Shown here in pieces: positions 1-12,999 of a stretch of 64,000 nt of DNA; the first letter of the stretch is position 1, and every line of letters starts with the position of its first letter. Source of the DNA: Octopus vulgaris (Eukaryota). Location: positions 61,442,001-61,506,000 of the forward strand of contig OX597818.1 in NCBI GenBank assembly GCA_951406725.2. The letters are read 5' to 3'. Position numbers and translations under genes: made by a program. A model generated the notes under the pieces. It saw nothing but the letters and a program-made list of their open reading frames with translations. It did not search any database and was not told where the DNA came from.

Positions 1-19
1 TGTAGTGCACCTGAGCACT

Positions 20-405
20 CATCATCATCATCATTGTTTGGACGATTTGACTGAGGACTGGCGAACCAGATGGCTGCACCAGGCTCCAATCTGATTTGGC
101 AGACTTTCTACAGCTGAATGCCTTTCCTAATGCCAACTACTCCGAGAGTGTAGTGGGTGCCTTTATGTGCCACTGGCACGAGGGCCAGTCAGGTGGTACT
201 GGCAATGGCCACACTCAAATGGTGTTTTTTACATGCCACTTGCACAGTAGCCAGAGGCACTGGCAATGACCTCGCTCAAATGTTTTTCATGTGTTACTGG
301 CACTTGTGCCAGTAATGCGAAGCTGGTAATGATCACGCTCAAATGGTGCCTTTTATGTGCCACCAGCACAGAAGCCAGTCAGCTGCTCTGGCAGCGATCA
401 CATTC
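20..405 (-). mobile_element. SINE-like family A copy ((GAT)n tail, internal GTGCC-NNN-GGCAC modules)
   Basis: (TCA)n tail at left, then ctgcaccaggctcc...ttctacagctg...ccttcctaatgccaac...gagagtgtagtgggtgc, shared with many other copies in the window. Confidence 0.85.
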
Positions 406-1564
406 AATAATTTCATTATTATTATTTTAAAATGGTTAAGAACAAATAAAACCTTTATTCTTGCAAAAGACAGAGTGCACAGTCTGAAAAAATTACAATT
501 TGTCTACTGTATTAGCTGATTATCAGGAAGGACATTGCATGTAAAAATTCAACTAATTAACCAAATATGCAGTTTAGCACAATGACAACTCTGAGTATAA
601 AACATAAAATAAACACACAAGAAAAAACAAAAAAACTATCAGACAACCTTATCGTAATAGCACTGAAATGTGTATTACAACGTATTGTCCAGATACATTT
701 ACAAACTGCTCCAAAAAGAAAATAACTTCAGACTGAAATTAAGTAACTTCATGATATCAAATTGTAAACACAAAAGGCAATTTCTATGTAAAGAATTTCA
801 TAATGTATTCTATAGTATATAGTGGTAAAAACAATTGCTTCTGATGTCACTGTCATTTCTGTAAATACTTATATAAAATATTACATCCTTGAAATCTACA
901 GGAAAAACTTCCAAACCTACATTTTTTTTTTTTTTTCCTTATTTCTCTACACTTTAAAAGGACATTAGCAGAATTCCAATAATAAACAAAAAAAAAGGTA
1001 TTTAAATTGTGCTGATAGCAGTCCTTGGCAATCATAAGCTAATTTATAAGCTGACCATGTCTTTAGCAGACAATGATATTTCCCTCAATCATGACAGTAA
1101 AGATACAATCAATGAGGTCTGACTCCTCTTTTGTATTCAGTAGTGTATTAAGTATAAACAACCTCAATGGTGTCACGCAATAACCTAATGAAGCCCTCTC
1201 ATAGTTCGCACCACACTAAATTAACCAAACAAATGACATTAGGATACTACTGTGATCATATACCAAAGATATCTGAACAGAATATATTTCTTGTACATTT
1301 AGCACAACATTTACTCTTACATATAGAAACTAGAGATTTATTCCAATTTCTGAAAAATTTGGAACTTGTGGAGTTAATATCTTGGGAATAAGTGTGAGTG
1401 TATATACATAAGCATACATACATTATGAGTATATTTACATAACTGTTTCTAATTTAGGCAAAAGATCAGTAAATTTGAGAGGAGTGGTTTAGATGCCATT
1501 GTTTGAAAGGTTCTTGTATCGAATCCAAGCAAGTTTGGGAAAGAAAACAGAAAAATGATGATAT

Positions 1565-1660
1565 AAGTTAAGTTAAGTTAAGTTAATTTTTTGGCTCAAA
1601 AAGCAAAAGCAAGGCCATGTAGGAGGACATGGAGTTATGTACAGGGAGGGTGTTCATGCA
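1565..1660 (-). mobile_element. Probable 3' end of a non-LTR element with (TAACT)n tail
   Basis: (aagtt)4 tail followed by a GC-richer unique segment; single copy in the window. Confidence 0.35.
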
Positions 1661-1779
1661 TATATTTGGTCATCCTATAAATAATACTTCCTTTATTCTT
1701 CAGGATTAAGATAAACATTTTTTTTCATCTAAAATAAACTCCTTCATTTTCTACAATGTATATGTATATATAACGGGAA

Positions 1780-1925
1780 GGTTTACAAAAATAAACAAAA
1801 GATGAAGGCAGGTGGAGTACAAACAAACAATTGTATTAGTATAGCGCTCAGGAATAGAAATAGAAAAAGTCTTTTACGTTTCGAGTCTACGCTCTTCGAC
1901 AGAAAGATACACAGAGAGAAAAAAG
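1780..1925 (-). mobile_element. Short repeat (family H2) with variant minimal hammerhead motif, Penelope-like pLTR relic
   Basis: Minus strand 1907-1870 reads TCTTT-CTGTCGA-A-GAG(cgtaga)CTC-GAAA-CG-TA-AAAGA; flanks are homologous to 56640-56790. Confidence 0.55.
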
Positions 1926-1949
1926 GAGAGAAAAAAATGTATATATATG

Positions 1950-2157
1950 TGTGTGTGTGTTTGTCCCCCCAACATCGCTTGACAACCAATGCTGGCGTGT
2001 TTACATGCCACATGCCTGTAACTTATCAGTTCAGCAAAAGAGACCGATAGAATAAGTACTAGGCTTACAAAGAATAAGTCCTGGGGGCGATTTGCTCGAC
2101 AAAAGGTGGCGCTCCAGCATGGCCGCAGTCAAAATGACTGAAACAAGTAAAAGAGTA
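1950..2157 (+). mobile_element. tRNA-derived SINE family B, 3' half
   Basis: tgtttgtccccc...gaccgatagaataagtactaggcttacaaagaataagtcc...gctccagcatggccgcagtc...gactgaaacaagtaaaagagt. Confidence 0.9.
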
Positions 2158-2436
2158 TGGGAATGTGGAAAGAGTACCAAATTTGTGGTTCAATATTTGA
2201 AGTAGGTGAGGCTTGTAGTAGATTATGTGCCCATTATGGCTTGTAGAAGATTATGTGCCCATGAAGTCACCTGTTGTAGTGTTTTCAGTAACCTGAGTAA
2301 GCAACTACACAAATTATGAATCTGTATATTTGTGCATTCACAAGTACGCGTGTATCTTATTTTAAATTATTTGCAAATTGTTTTACCCTGATCAATTTGA
2401 CATTCATAAACTGATCCTGATATACACAACCTATGT

Positions 2437-2730
2437 ATCATCATCATCATCATCATCATCGTTTAACATCCGTTTTCCGCGCTAGCATGGGTTGGACGGT
2501 TCGACCGGGGATCTGGGAAGCCAGGGGCTGCACCAGGCTCCAGTCTGATCTGGCAGTGTTTCTACAGCTGGATGCCCGTCCTAACGCCAACCACTCCGCG
2601 AGTGTAGTGGGTGCTTTTTACGTGCCACTGCACAGGTGCCAGGGGGGTCTGGCATCGGCCACGATCGGTTGGTGCTTTTGACATGCCGCCGGCATGGAAG
2701 CCAGCCAAGGCAGCGCCGGCATCGGCCATA
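2437..2730 (-). mobile_element. SINE-like family A copy
   Basis: (CAT)n-cgtttaacatccgttttccgcgctagcatgggttggacgg... matches other copies. Confidence 0.9.
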
Positions 2731-2799
2731 TATATATATATTCATTATCATCATCATCGTTTAATATCCACCTTCCACGCTAGCATGAAGCTGGCCTCT

Positions 2800-3198
2800 T
2801 TCTCTTTTCTCTTTAGCTTGTTTCAGTCATTTGACTGCAGCCATGCTGGAAGCACCGCCTTTAATCGAGCAACTCGACCCCGGGACTTATTCTTTTGTAA
2901 GCCCAGTACTTATTCTATCGGTCTCTTTTGCCAAACCGCTAAGTAACGGGGACATAAACACAGCAGCATCGGTTGTCAAGCAATGCTTGGGGGACAAACA
3001 CAGACACACACACGCATATATATATATACATATATACGACGGGCTTCTTTCAGTTTCCATCTACCAAATCCACTCACAAGGTTTTGGTCGGCCCGGGGCT
3101 ATAGTAGAAGACACTTGCCCAAGGTGCCACGCAGTGGGACTGAACCCGGAACCATGTGGTTGATTAGCAAGCTACTTACCACACAGCCACTCCTGCGC
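2800..3198 (-). mobile_element. tRNA-derived SINE family B, full length, CpG-rich (young)
   Basis: Minus-strand head GGCGCAGGAGTGGCTGTGTGGTAAG (A box) and GGTTCAGTCCC (B box), central TA/TG microsatellite, conserved tail. Confidence 0.92.
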
Positions 3199-3989
3199 CT
3201 CAAGTAATTTTATTCAAATGTTTTTGAGAATAAAACAACCAACTATATCATCCAGTCTGAGAACAAATGTATCCTTAGAGACAATATTATCAGCAACAAA
3301 AACTTCATAGAGTTTTACCCTAGAGCTCTCTTTTAACTCTGGCTGAGAATGAGAGCCCTATAAAGAATAACTGAAATCAATTAAATCTGCTAATCTGCAA
3401 TTCTCTTCAAATAGGAATGTGATAATATGTGTGAGTACATTTGGAAACATATGTTTAAATTTAGGGTAGATTATCCTACTTGAGCAAAACTTTGTCTTAG
3501 TGATGTATCAATTTTCCAAGAAATTTCAAACATGATAATCTCCTAGCTATGGATCAAATGAGGAGCATCAATAATAGTCATTGAGAATAGCATGATCTGA
3601 AGATCTTTACTAACGTACCATTGATTTATTATAACAATATTCGATTCATATTCGAATGGACGTCATAAATATTAACCCATCTAAAAATAACATCACACTG
3701 TTTTAGATTGTTTAACTGTAATGATCTGACATATAATTGAAGACTGCAGCAGCATGTATTAGACACTAAATCAAATACAGTGGCACATTTCTCTAATTAT
3801 TTTCATAAGTGTCTACAGATTTTCAATAAGGAGGAAAAACAAAGTAAACAATTCAAACAAGCAAAGTGACACTAAACAAACCCCATACACTATATAGAAG
3901 AAACACTAAAACAAAATTTGAAAATTAAGAATAAATTCTACAGCAAGGGATAACTGATATGTAGTATATACACAGAATTCTCCTTTCTG

Positions 3990-4366
3990 GTGCACCATCC
4001 GAGCTTGATCGTTGCCACAGCGGCTAACTGGCTTCTGTGCCGGTGGCATGTAAAAGGCACCATTTGAGCGTGATCGTTACCAGCATCGCCCGACTGGCAC
4101 CTGTGCTGGTGGCATGTGTAAAAAGATTTGAGCGAGGTCGTTGCCAGTACCACCTGACTGGCCACTGTGCCGGTGGCACGTAAAAAGTACCAACTACACT
4201 CTCGGAGTGGTTGGCGTTAGGAAGGGCATCCAGCTGTAGAAACTCTGCCAGATCAAGATTGGAGCCTGGTGCAGCCATCTAGTTCGCCAGCCCTTAGTCA
4301 AACCGTCCAACCAATGCTAGCATGGAAAGCAGACGTTAAACAATGATGATGATGATGATGATGATG
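3990..4366 (+). mobile_element. SINE-like family A copy
   Basis: Repeated gtgccggtggcacgtaaaa modules, ggcgttaggaagggcatccagctgtagaaac, ends acgttaaacaatgatgatgat. Confidence 0.9.
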
Positions 4367-5347
4367 ATTTCACACAACAGACACATAAATATAATCATAA
4401 TAAAATAACAACCTACACAACACAACCAACATTCAAGAATAGAACATAACAGCACTTGTGAAGCACAATAAAATAAAACCATATTACATATGAAGGAGTT
4501 CCATAACACCAAAAACAAAATGAACACCCAAAACAAAAGCAAACGTATCGAGTAGAAACTAACTCAATTCTACACCCACGAAAGGCAGCGCTGCATTCAC
4601 TGCTGGAACATGAAAGTTCACCTGGTAATGCAGCAGAAACTTGCAACTACATCTTTATAAAATAAATAAGCTGCCAGACTTTTGCCTGCTTCTACATTCT
4701 CACATGCTCTTATTTATTTTACATTGTATTTACGTCCATGTATATAATTTAATAATATTTCAAAGACTGATTTCTTAGAATTTATATTAAATTTTTTGAA
4801 TGTCTTCAAGGAAGAAAAATTACTTTATGAATAAGAAAATTAGTAAAACAAATATCTATCCATATATTTCTATTGATAGATATTTTTCAACAATCATGTT
4901 TTCTTACACCAAAATACAAACAATTTTTATTTTTCTTACTCAACAAAGTATGCGTTAAAAATGCTACACAGTCAAAAAACTAGCAACAGCTTCACTTTGA
5001 ACATGAAAATATACATCCAGTAGTGTACGTTTTGAAACCAATCTTCAAAATATAATACAGGGTTATCACAAACAATGTTATCTGCAAAGCATTTGAAGTA
5101 GGTTGTGGACAAATTAAGTAGCTAGCTGAACTATAATTTCAATTTATTCTGGTTAGAACTATTGTTGAGGTGTTCTAACTAAACCTAACACTAACAATCT
5201 CTCGCTCTCAAACAAGACCCACAGACACAAGGAAAATTATCTCATCTTTAACCTGAAAAGCTCTTCTGTTTTCCTCTCCCTCCACCTCACCATTCTTCCA
5301 ATGTTTTTTTCCCTTTAACTCCCTCAGTCAAGATGGATCAAGTTATA

Positions 5348-5680
5348 TCATCATCATCATAATCATCATTTAACGTCCATTTTCTATGCTGGCATGGGTT
5401 GGACGGTTCGACTAGGCCCTAATCTGATCGGCAGTGTGTCTAGAGTTGGATGCCCTTCCTAATGCCAACCACACTGAGAGTGTAGTGGGGGCTTTTTATG
5501 TACCACAGGCACAGGATCCAGAGGAGCTGGCATCGACCATGATTGGATGGTGCTTTTTACATGCCACTGGCACAGAAGCCAGTCAAAGCGGCACTGGCAT
5601 CAGCCACGTTCTGATGGTGCTTTTTACGTGCTACCGGCACAGGGGTCACAACTACAATTTCCACTTGATTTGATTTTGAT
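5348..5680 (-). mobile_element. SINE-like family A copy
   Basis: (TCA)n tail plus ttaacgtcc...ggatgcccttcctaatgccaaccac. Confidence 0.85.
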
Positions 5681-6455
5681 ATTGAGGTACTTGACTCAAT
5701 AGGTACTCAATCCAAGGTACTTTTGAGTGGGCTGGATATATGAACGACAAAATATTCTGTCCTTCAAGATAAAAGGGATCATAAATCTACAGAACTATCA
5801 TTTAAAACAGACTCAAATCGTTGCTTCATGAGGCAACGCATAGATGTTTTTGAAAAGCTATCCACTTAGCTAAATGTCTAAATTTCTAAGAAGAGGCATT
5901 ATTATATCATAAATTGTTATGTTAAGACAAAGAAAACAAGTGATCACGTACTCAGGGTTGATGATTGTAAGACTGCAGATTTCATTTCTGGACAAAGAAG
6001 CAAGTTGTGTCTTTGAGTAAAGCATTTTATGCTACTGCAGTCTAGTCACCTGAAAATTAGTATCAGCCAACTGCTGATGCAATTCTCTCACCCTCCAACT
6101 ATCATTTCCTCGACTCTCTACTGGTCCAAGAGGATGGCCATGCCTGCTAGTAACCAAAGAGACACCTAAAACAACAAGCAACAACATAATGAAAACTCCC
6201 AGATCCTATGCACTTCTACATCTAAGCACACTTCAGCTATGGTATCATTATTGCTAAACTCATAACATTTGCTAAATGTCCAAGGTACCTCTTGTAAGGT
6301 ACTTCTTCTAACCAGTAATATTACTGGAATTTGGAATCAAACCCATTTGGAATCTACAAAGATTGATGGTTTCCATTTCATTGTCCATCCAGGGATATTT
6401 ATATTATGCATCCTACTACTTGTGAGGCAACTAGTTTGCTACACTTCAACTAGTA

Positions 6456-6683
6456 CAGTTCTGTATTTAAGAGATGGGGAATTATGTACAGCTAGCATGG
6501 AAAGCGGACGTTAAACGATGATGATGATTTACCTTATTTACATTTGACAGATATTTGTCCTCATCTTTGAAATTTCCCCAAGACACCTGATGAAGGCTGG
6601 AGGGTATATAAGCCAAAACGTTGTGTTAAAAACAAACAAGATGGGGACAAATATCCATCAAATGTAAATAATGTAAATGATGT
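6456..6683. mobile_element. Hammerhead element H1, fold-back insertion 1 (with a family A stub at 6491-6527)
   Basis: Minus 3' arm 6456-6569, plus arm 6570-6683 with GACAC-CTGATGA-A-GGCT...AGCC-AAAA-CGTT-GTGTT; 13-bp direct repeat acttcaactagta at 6443-6455 and 6684-6696. Confidence 0.8.
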
Positions 6684-7423
6684 ACTTCAACTAGTATTTA
6701 TAATTTGACTGATGCAGGGATTGACCTCATACCTATTAGCTAACGAAATTACCACAATATTCGTCACTTCCCCATTGTCTAGAATAACTGAAGCTTACAT
6801 TTACTATCCCCGTTGCATTGTGTAGTGAATATAAAAGTGTTTTGTTAAGTATAATAGATTAGTTAGCTAGTGGGTATGATGTCAAAATTGGTGAGTCAGC
6901 CAAACCAGACACGCACTGGTTGGAGAGCAAAGCAAACTAGCCACATCACACATGTTGTAGAATAAGGAGAATATCCTTGGAATGGACAATGAAATGAGAA
7001 CAATTTATTCCAAAGAATTAAATAAACAGCTTGGTTCTAAATTCCAAGAACGTTACTGCATTTGGCCACAAGACAGTAGCTATAACAACCAAGATAAGGA
7101 TACTAGTTCAAATACGTCCATAATAAGATAATTGTATCGTATGATGCTACCCACAAACTTCAGTCTCAATTATGTCATCTAGGTGAATATAAATCAATTG
7201 ACGGACCAGACAGAATCTCATGTCACCACAAATCTTCAAAGTGATCGCATTATTTCCTTTCTGTGTTGTATCCATGTTAGCTTTGTGCTGCATTTAGTTG
7301 TGCTATAGAAACACCATTGCTAGTTACAGTTAAATGCTCAACTAAGAGAAGATCAATTGGAGAAAGACTTTAATCTAATTGAAAAGACATCCGGTAAGAA
7401 AAAAAACCCAGAATATCACTCAA

Positions 7424-7463
<40 letters not shown>

Positions 7464-7599
7464 TAGAATATTCTGCAATTTTGAAGGGATTGTTAAAAAT
7501 AGGATGATGGAGGTCTGTTTACTGATGGAAGATTCATTAAGCAATTTGCATTTAATTCAACTTTCTCCCACCAAACTGCAGCTCCAATCAATACTGTAC

Positions 7600-7990
7600 A
7601 CTTGCAAGAGTTAAGAAACACCCATTCATTTAGCTGTGAGAATTGGATTATTTCAGGAAAGAGAAGTGGCTGTATTTTGATGCTTTAGAGGATGATCATA
7701 AGTTCAAGAATCTACCTGGATATCCTGAAGTAATCTACACACGTGGTTTCACTCTTTTCCTAAAGAATAGTGCACCATGCAATTCTACAAAATGCTCTCA
7801 GAGGCTAAGAGCTAGTGGTTTTAATTTAGTGGTTAAAAGGCAACAATCATCTCCTGAGCTGAACCCTATGGAAAATGGCATCATATGAAAAAGATTATAG
7901 CTTATATAAGGCTTTTATTACTTTGGGATTTAAAAGAGAAGGTATTAAGTCTGGGCATAGAAAATAAGACTTTTGCAAGCATTTAACTGG
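7600..7990 (+). pseudogene. Decayed Tc1-family (DD34E) transposase fragment
   Basis: FLKNSAPCNSTK...QSSPELNPMEN resembles Tc1 F.QDNAPCH...QSPDLNPIEN; upstream VKKHP resembles TVKHP; stops and frameshifts present. Confidence 0.7.
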
Positions 7991-8189
7991 AGACAAAAGA
8001 ATACCATATCAAGTATTGAGAAGTATAACATTGAATCTACATTATCAAATGCACCATTAAAACCTTAATTTTACTGGTGAATAAGACTTGACTGAGACTG
8101 TATTTTGTATTCTTAAACTTGTTTTTATGAATGTGACTGTGTATATGTACACACTCACACACATAAATGCTTGTCTGTCGAGGAAGCCA

Positions 8190-8410
8190 TATGTACAACA
8201 TGTGCTCCATACTACTAAACTATATTCAACCATTTTTACTATAGAATTTTCTTTAGGAATCCTGCTTTCTGATGTAACTTTGCACCACACTTCCCACTTC
8301 CTCAAAACCCCTTTTTCAGCATTTTCTCCTTGTCCTCCATCTTCATTTGCTAATTTGTGACCAAAGTGACCACACAGTTCTTTACTCTCAAACAAGGGTC
8401 TCAATGTAAG
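8190..8410 (-). mobile_element. Degenerate RTE-type LINE RT/thumb fragment
   Basis: FGHKLANEDGG...WEVWCKVTSESRIP...YSLVVWS..TYG resembles RTE YLG...W.KV.GV..DRRIP...Y..VVRP.MLYG. Confidence 0.45.
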
Positions 8411-8787
8411 ATTCTACACTCCTCACTCATAAAACTAATAATTTTTTTCTACAAACTGCCCCTGTGATAATTTGTTATTGATAAAGATCCTCACAAGTTA
8501 CCTCAAATTCTGAATTTTACTGTAAACCAACCATCGGATACCAGTTATTATCTTGTGCTATAAACTTATCTGATTCACCATCGATGGCAGCACAATAACC
8601 ACATGAACCAATAAAACAAACCACATTATGGCCACTCAACTTGCTACAATAGCAGTTATGTTGCCCTCAAATCACAATGGGAAAAGTCAATTTAGATTAT
8701 CCACATCTACTAAAAGCTGGGAAGTCACAGCTTGAATGCCTTATAATATAATTAAATAGGGCTATCTTGAAGCTAAACTACAATACC

Positions 8788-8995
8788 GCAATGGCCTAGT
8801 GGTTAGGGCAGCGGACTCGCGGTCGCAGGATCGCGGTTTCGTTTCTCAGACCGGGCGTTGTGTGTGTTTATTGAGCGAAAACACCTAAAAGCTCTACGAG
8901 GCTCCGGCAGGGGGTGGTGATCCCTGCTGTACTCTTTCACCACAATGGCGGTGCCCCAGCATGGCCACAGCTCAAGAGCTGAAACTGGAAAAACA
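8788..8995 (+). mobile_element. tRNA(Arg)-like SINE family D
   Basis: A box TGGCCTAGTGG, anticodon-like GACTCGCG, B-box-like GGTTTCGTTTC; tail ggcggtgccccagcatggccacagc..tgaaac shared with family B. Confidence 0.75.
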
Positions 8996-10102
8996 AACAA
9001 AAACAAACAAACAAATACCAAACAAGTTTTTTTTTTTTGTTTTTTGTTTTTTTTTTTGCTGTGTTCTTTTTTAACCTATGAAAATTAACTGGTTTGTGGA
9101 TCAGCAGATAAAAAATATGCCATTCTCATATCTGATGAAGAATAACATGTAATCTTTGAGTTCTTAGAAATTACTTTTTAGTTAATGAACTAAGGTTTTT
9201 TTTTTCACTTCATACCAGCTTAGCTGTAATGTACAATGCTACTCTTCCAATAACACAATGAGAACTGACTATGTTGTTCACATATGTTTAGAGTCAAATC
9301 AGTTATATCTTTGTTAGGTTTATATATTAGATGGAACCAAACATTAACACAACTGCAATGGTGAGACAGAATTTGATAATAGGTTTATAACTAAACTAAA
9401 CAAGCAAAGTTTTGGCTTCACCCATTAGTAATGTACGGAAGAGAATGGAACACAGCTGTTTAATACTCCTATATTGAACAACAAGTTACTTTCTTTATTG
9501 AGTTATCTTGACAATTTCAACTCGTGAAGCCTCAAATTATCATGCATAATCAATCTAACGATGAACTCTTCAAGCTTCAAGTCTGTCATATAATTAAAAG
9601 TACCCGAAAACGATTAATTTCAATTAACCCAAGGATTTGAAGCAATCCTTGATGTGATTTCAATGGTGTATTCCAATTAACATGTCCTTGTACACTGAAG
9701 GAGTTTCGTTTACAAAACGATGATCTAAGTTTTGAAATTATGTCATTCATTTACTCTTCATTTCTTGTTTATGTGCAGCAAAATGCTTCTGGACTAAATA
9801 ACAGGACTTGTAAATTATACTCTATAAACAGAGCCCTTCCCAGGTACAAATATCTCCATACCATCACTATTTAACATCCGTTTTCCATGCTGGCATGGGT
9901 TGGAGAGTTTCACAGGAGCTTTGGGATGGTTTCTCTGGTAGAATGACCTTAACACCAACCACTTTACCGTGAATTAGGTGTTTTTTTTTTTTTTACTCTG
10001 CACCAGCACCAGTGAGGTCACCATGAAACTTGCAACTGAGAGTGGGGAGGCATACTATTGAGGGAGGTGGCTTTGTGCTAGGAGATGAGAGGTCGTCTCT
10101 TT

Positions 10103-10511
10103 AGTTCTATATTCAAGAGATGAGGAGTCATGTACATTATTTACATTTAACGGATGTTTGTCCTCATCTTGTTTGTTGTTAACACAATGTTGTGACTGAT
10201 TTACTCTCCAGCCTTCATCAGGTGTTTTGGGAAATTTTGAACTTGGGTTCTCATTCCTAAGGTATTTTTTGATATTGTTATTGCCCACAGGTATATGATG
10301 TAGTGGTTACGAGTGCAGGCTACTAACCAAGATTCCAAGTTTGATTCCAGACAGTGACCTGAATAATAATAACATCAAAAAATACCTTAGGAATGAGAAC
10401 CCAGGTTTGAAATTTCCCCAAGACACCTGATGAAGGCTAGAGGGTATATCAGCTGAAACATTGTGTTAGCAAAAAACAAGATGAGGACAAATATCCATCA
10501 AATGTAAATAA
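10103..10511. mobile_element. Hammerhead element H1, fold-back insertion 2
   Basis: Headless minus arm 10103-10280; plus arm about 10282-10511 with tRNA-like head, (AAT)n and hammerhead motif at 10422-10467. Confidence 0.85.
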
Positions 10512-12674
10512 AGTTTACTCTTATAGTAGAAATGATACATGGCCACCTCAGCTGGAAAAGGAGGGAAGGAGAGAAAATAGTGAAAACAGTTGACAGTGAA
10601 GAGCAACATCATGAATTTCTCTGCTGCCATAATATGAAGATGAACAAGGAATAAGGTAGAGAGACAAATCCTGACTAATTTCCATGAAGGTTTTTGGGTA
10701 ATATGAACAGGATGTTCTGAAGAATTCACTGTGTTTCTTTGTTAGATACACAATAAACAAAGAGAATCCAGATTGCTTAAGACATGGTAAAAGCAGAACT
10801 AGTGTTACATGTGAGTGGAAAATAAATTTTCAAAAATAAAAAAAATAATAATAATAAATAAGATACAAATGACTTCTAACAAGTTAGTAAAATTTAATAT
10901 ATTCACTCAATTACATCACTATGCATTTTCAGTTCTTCATTTGTATGCAATTAGCTTAAACTACCAGCAATTTTAATTCAAATTCTGGTATAATTAATGT
11001 ACCCTTTTCTTCTAAAGTTATAATAATGTTGATAAGACTAATGATATCACTGTCTTACACGTGATGTTTAAGTCATCGGAACTTAAATTTTTCTTGCAGC
11101 TTGCATTGAGATTGCAATGTGAACTTTGATGTGTTGCAATTCTCTTATGTTTATTCACTAGTTTGTATTGTAGCAAATTCAAAGACAAGGATAAAAATGA
11201 TGTTACACATATAAAGGACACCAAATAAGTCCTACAAAATATTTCTTGGAGGTTACCCGAAAAGAAAACAGGCTTCGCACACAGATAAAGCTAAAATAAA
11301 CTTCTTAAAATTGAGAAAAATTACGTAATGCATGTTTTGAGGAATTATGATCATACATATCATTTTTAACAAGACACTGAAATAAGTTCATCTGTCGATA
11401 TGTTATAGATTAAAGGACAAATACATACTCCCATCAAGAACAACACTGTTGAAGGAGCAGATAATGAAGAGAAAAATAAACCAGAAATATATAGAAAAGC
11501 TGATGCTAGCATACATTGAACTCAGAACAGGAAAACACCCAAACGGTTTTACTGCCTATGCTACTGTTCTACTGCCCTGACCATCTTAGCCATTATATAT
11601 GGAAAACTTTTAGAAAAATACCAAGGAAATTACAACTGAATGTCTTTCACAGGACATTCTGATATCTAAATATCTGAAAAGGATTTTCTGGTGAGTTATA
11701 TTGCAAATTTTTAAATGTGAAATTCAATCAAGACTTTATATTGAATTCCAGCTCCTGTTTTCCTGCATCCAAAATGGATATTGTCATTGTTTTCTTCCAT
11801 TGAATTATGATGCTGAAATATAATATTGGTAATACCTTAATGCCTAACAACAGTTTGAATTTAAACAATTTGACAAATGCCAGCTTATATCTTAGTTTGC
11901 AGTCTACACTTTAATAAAAGAAGAATGTACAGACAATATTAAGGCTACACTTGATATTCAGTTGTTTAAATTATATAAAAAAATGCACAAATCACATGAG
12001 TATCTTACGTTATACAGAAGGGCAAAACTTTACAAGAACTAAGTAATATACATAGAACTATAAAATAGTTCTAAAAGCAGGATAAATATTAAATTGTGAA
12101 TTTTAAAACAATAAGTAACTAAATCAATATGAAAATAAATAAATGAATGAATGCATAAAATAAATATATAAAGTTATGTCAAGAGCTAAATTACATTTCA
12201 GATATTTCTGAGGGTAAAATTACATTTGGAAATGCCTTGGTTAGCTAATCAATTGTTATTGGATAGCATTTTTGCTAAGTAAAACAAATCTGAATATACC
12301 AGTTTGGACAGATTCCAAAGGAAATACCAAATGTAGACTACCATTCAGGGTAAATTTCAATAACTTCTGAAAGACATCTTAAATAGCAACAGTGAAGCAG
12401 CATTTAACCTCATACAGACGAGAGATAAAAATTAAATGTGTCAAATTCAAGTAGTTGAGATTAATTTGCTATTCTTTTCAATCTCATCTTCTAAATTATC
12501 AACCACTTCTAAATGAAATATATATCAACAGAAAAACATGAACTACAAGATTATATCATAAGATGGATGGCATATTTGATTATCTATTTTTCTAAGAATC
12601 CCATACTGCTGCACATAATGTTTATCCCCAACAAAAAAAAAGTATTGGTTTATAAAATTGTTGATGAAAATTCA

Positions 12675-12925
12675 TCCTCATCATCGTTTAATGTCCGCTT
12701 TCTATGCTAGCATGGGTTGGACAAATGACCGAGGGCTGGCGAACCAGATGATGTCTGCACCAGGCTTCAATCTTGATCTGGCAGAGTTTCTACAGCTGGA
12801 TGCCTTTCCTAATGCCAACCACTCCAAGAGTGTAGTGGGTGCTTTTTACATGCCAGTCAGGCGGTACAGGCAATGACCTCACTCGAATCTTTTACACATG
12901 CCACCGGCACAGGTGCCAGTAAGGT
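12675..12925 (-). mobile_element. SINE-like family A copy
   Basis: catcatcgtttaatgtccgc...ctacagctggatgcctttcctaatgccaaccac. Confidence 0.88.
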
Positions 12926-12999
12926 GATATGCGAAAAAAAATGGGGGGTATTGTTGCCATGTTTATTGCAAAACATAAATGCGACTGGCATTACAAAGT

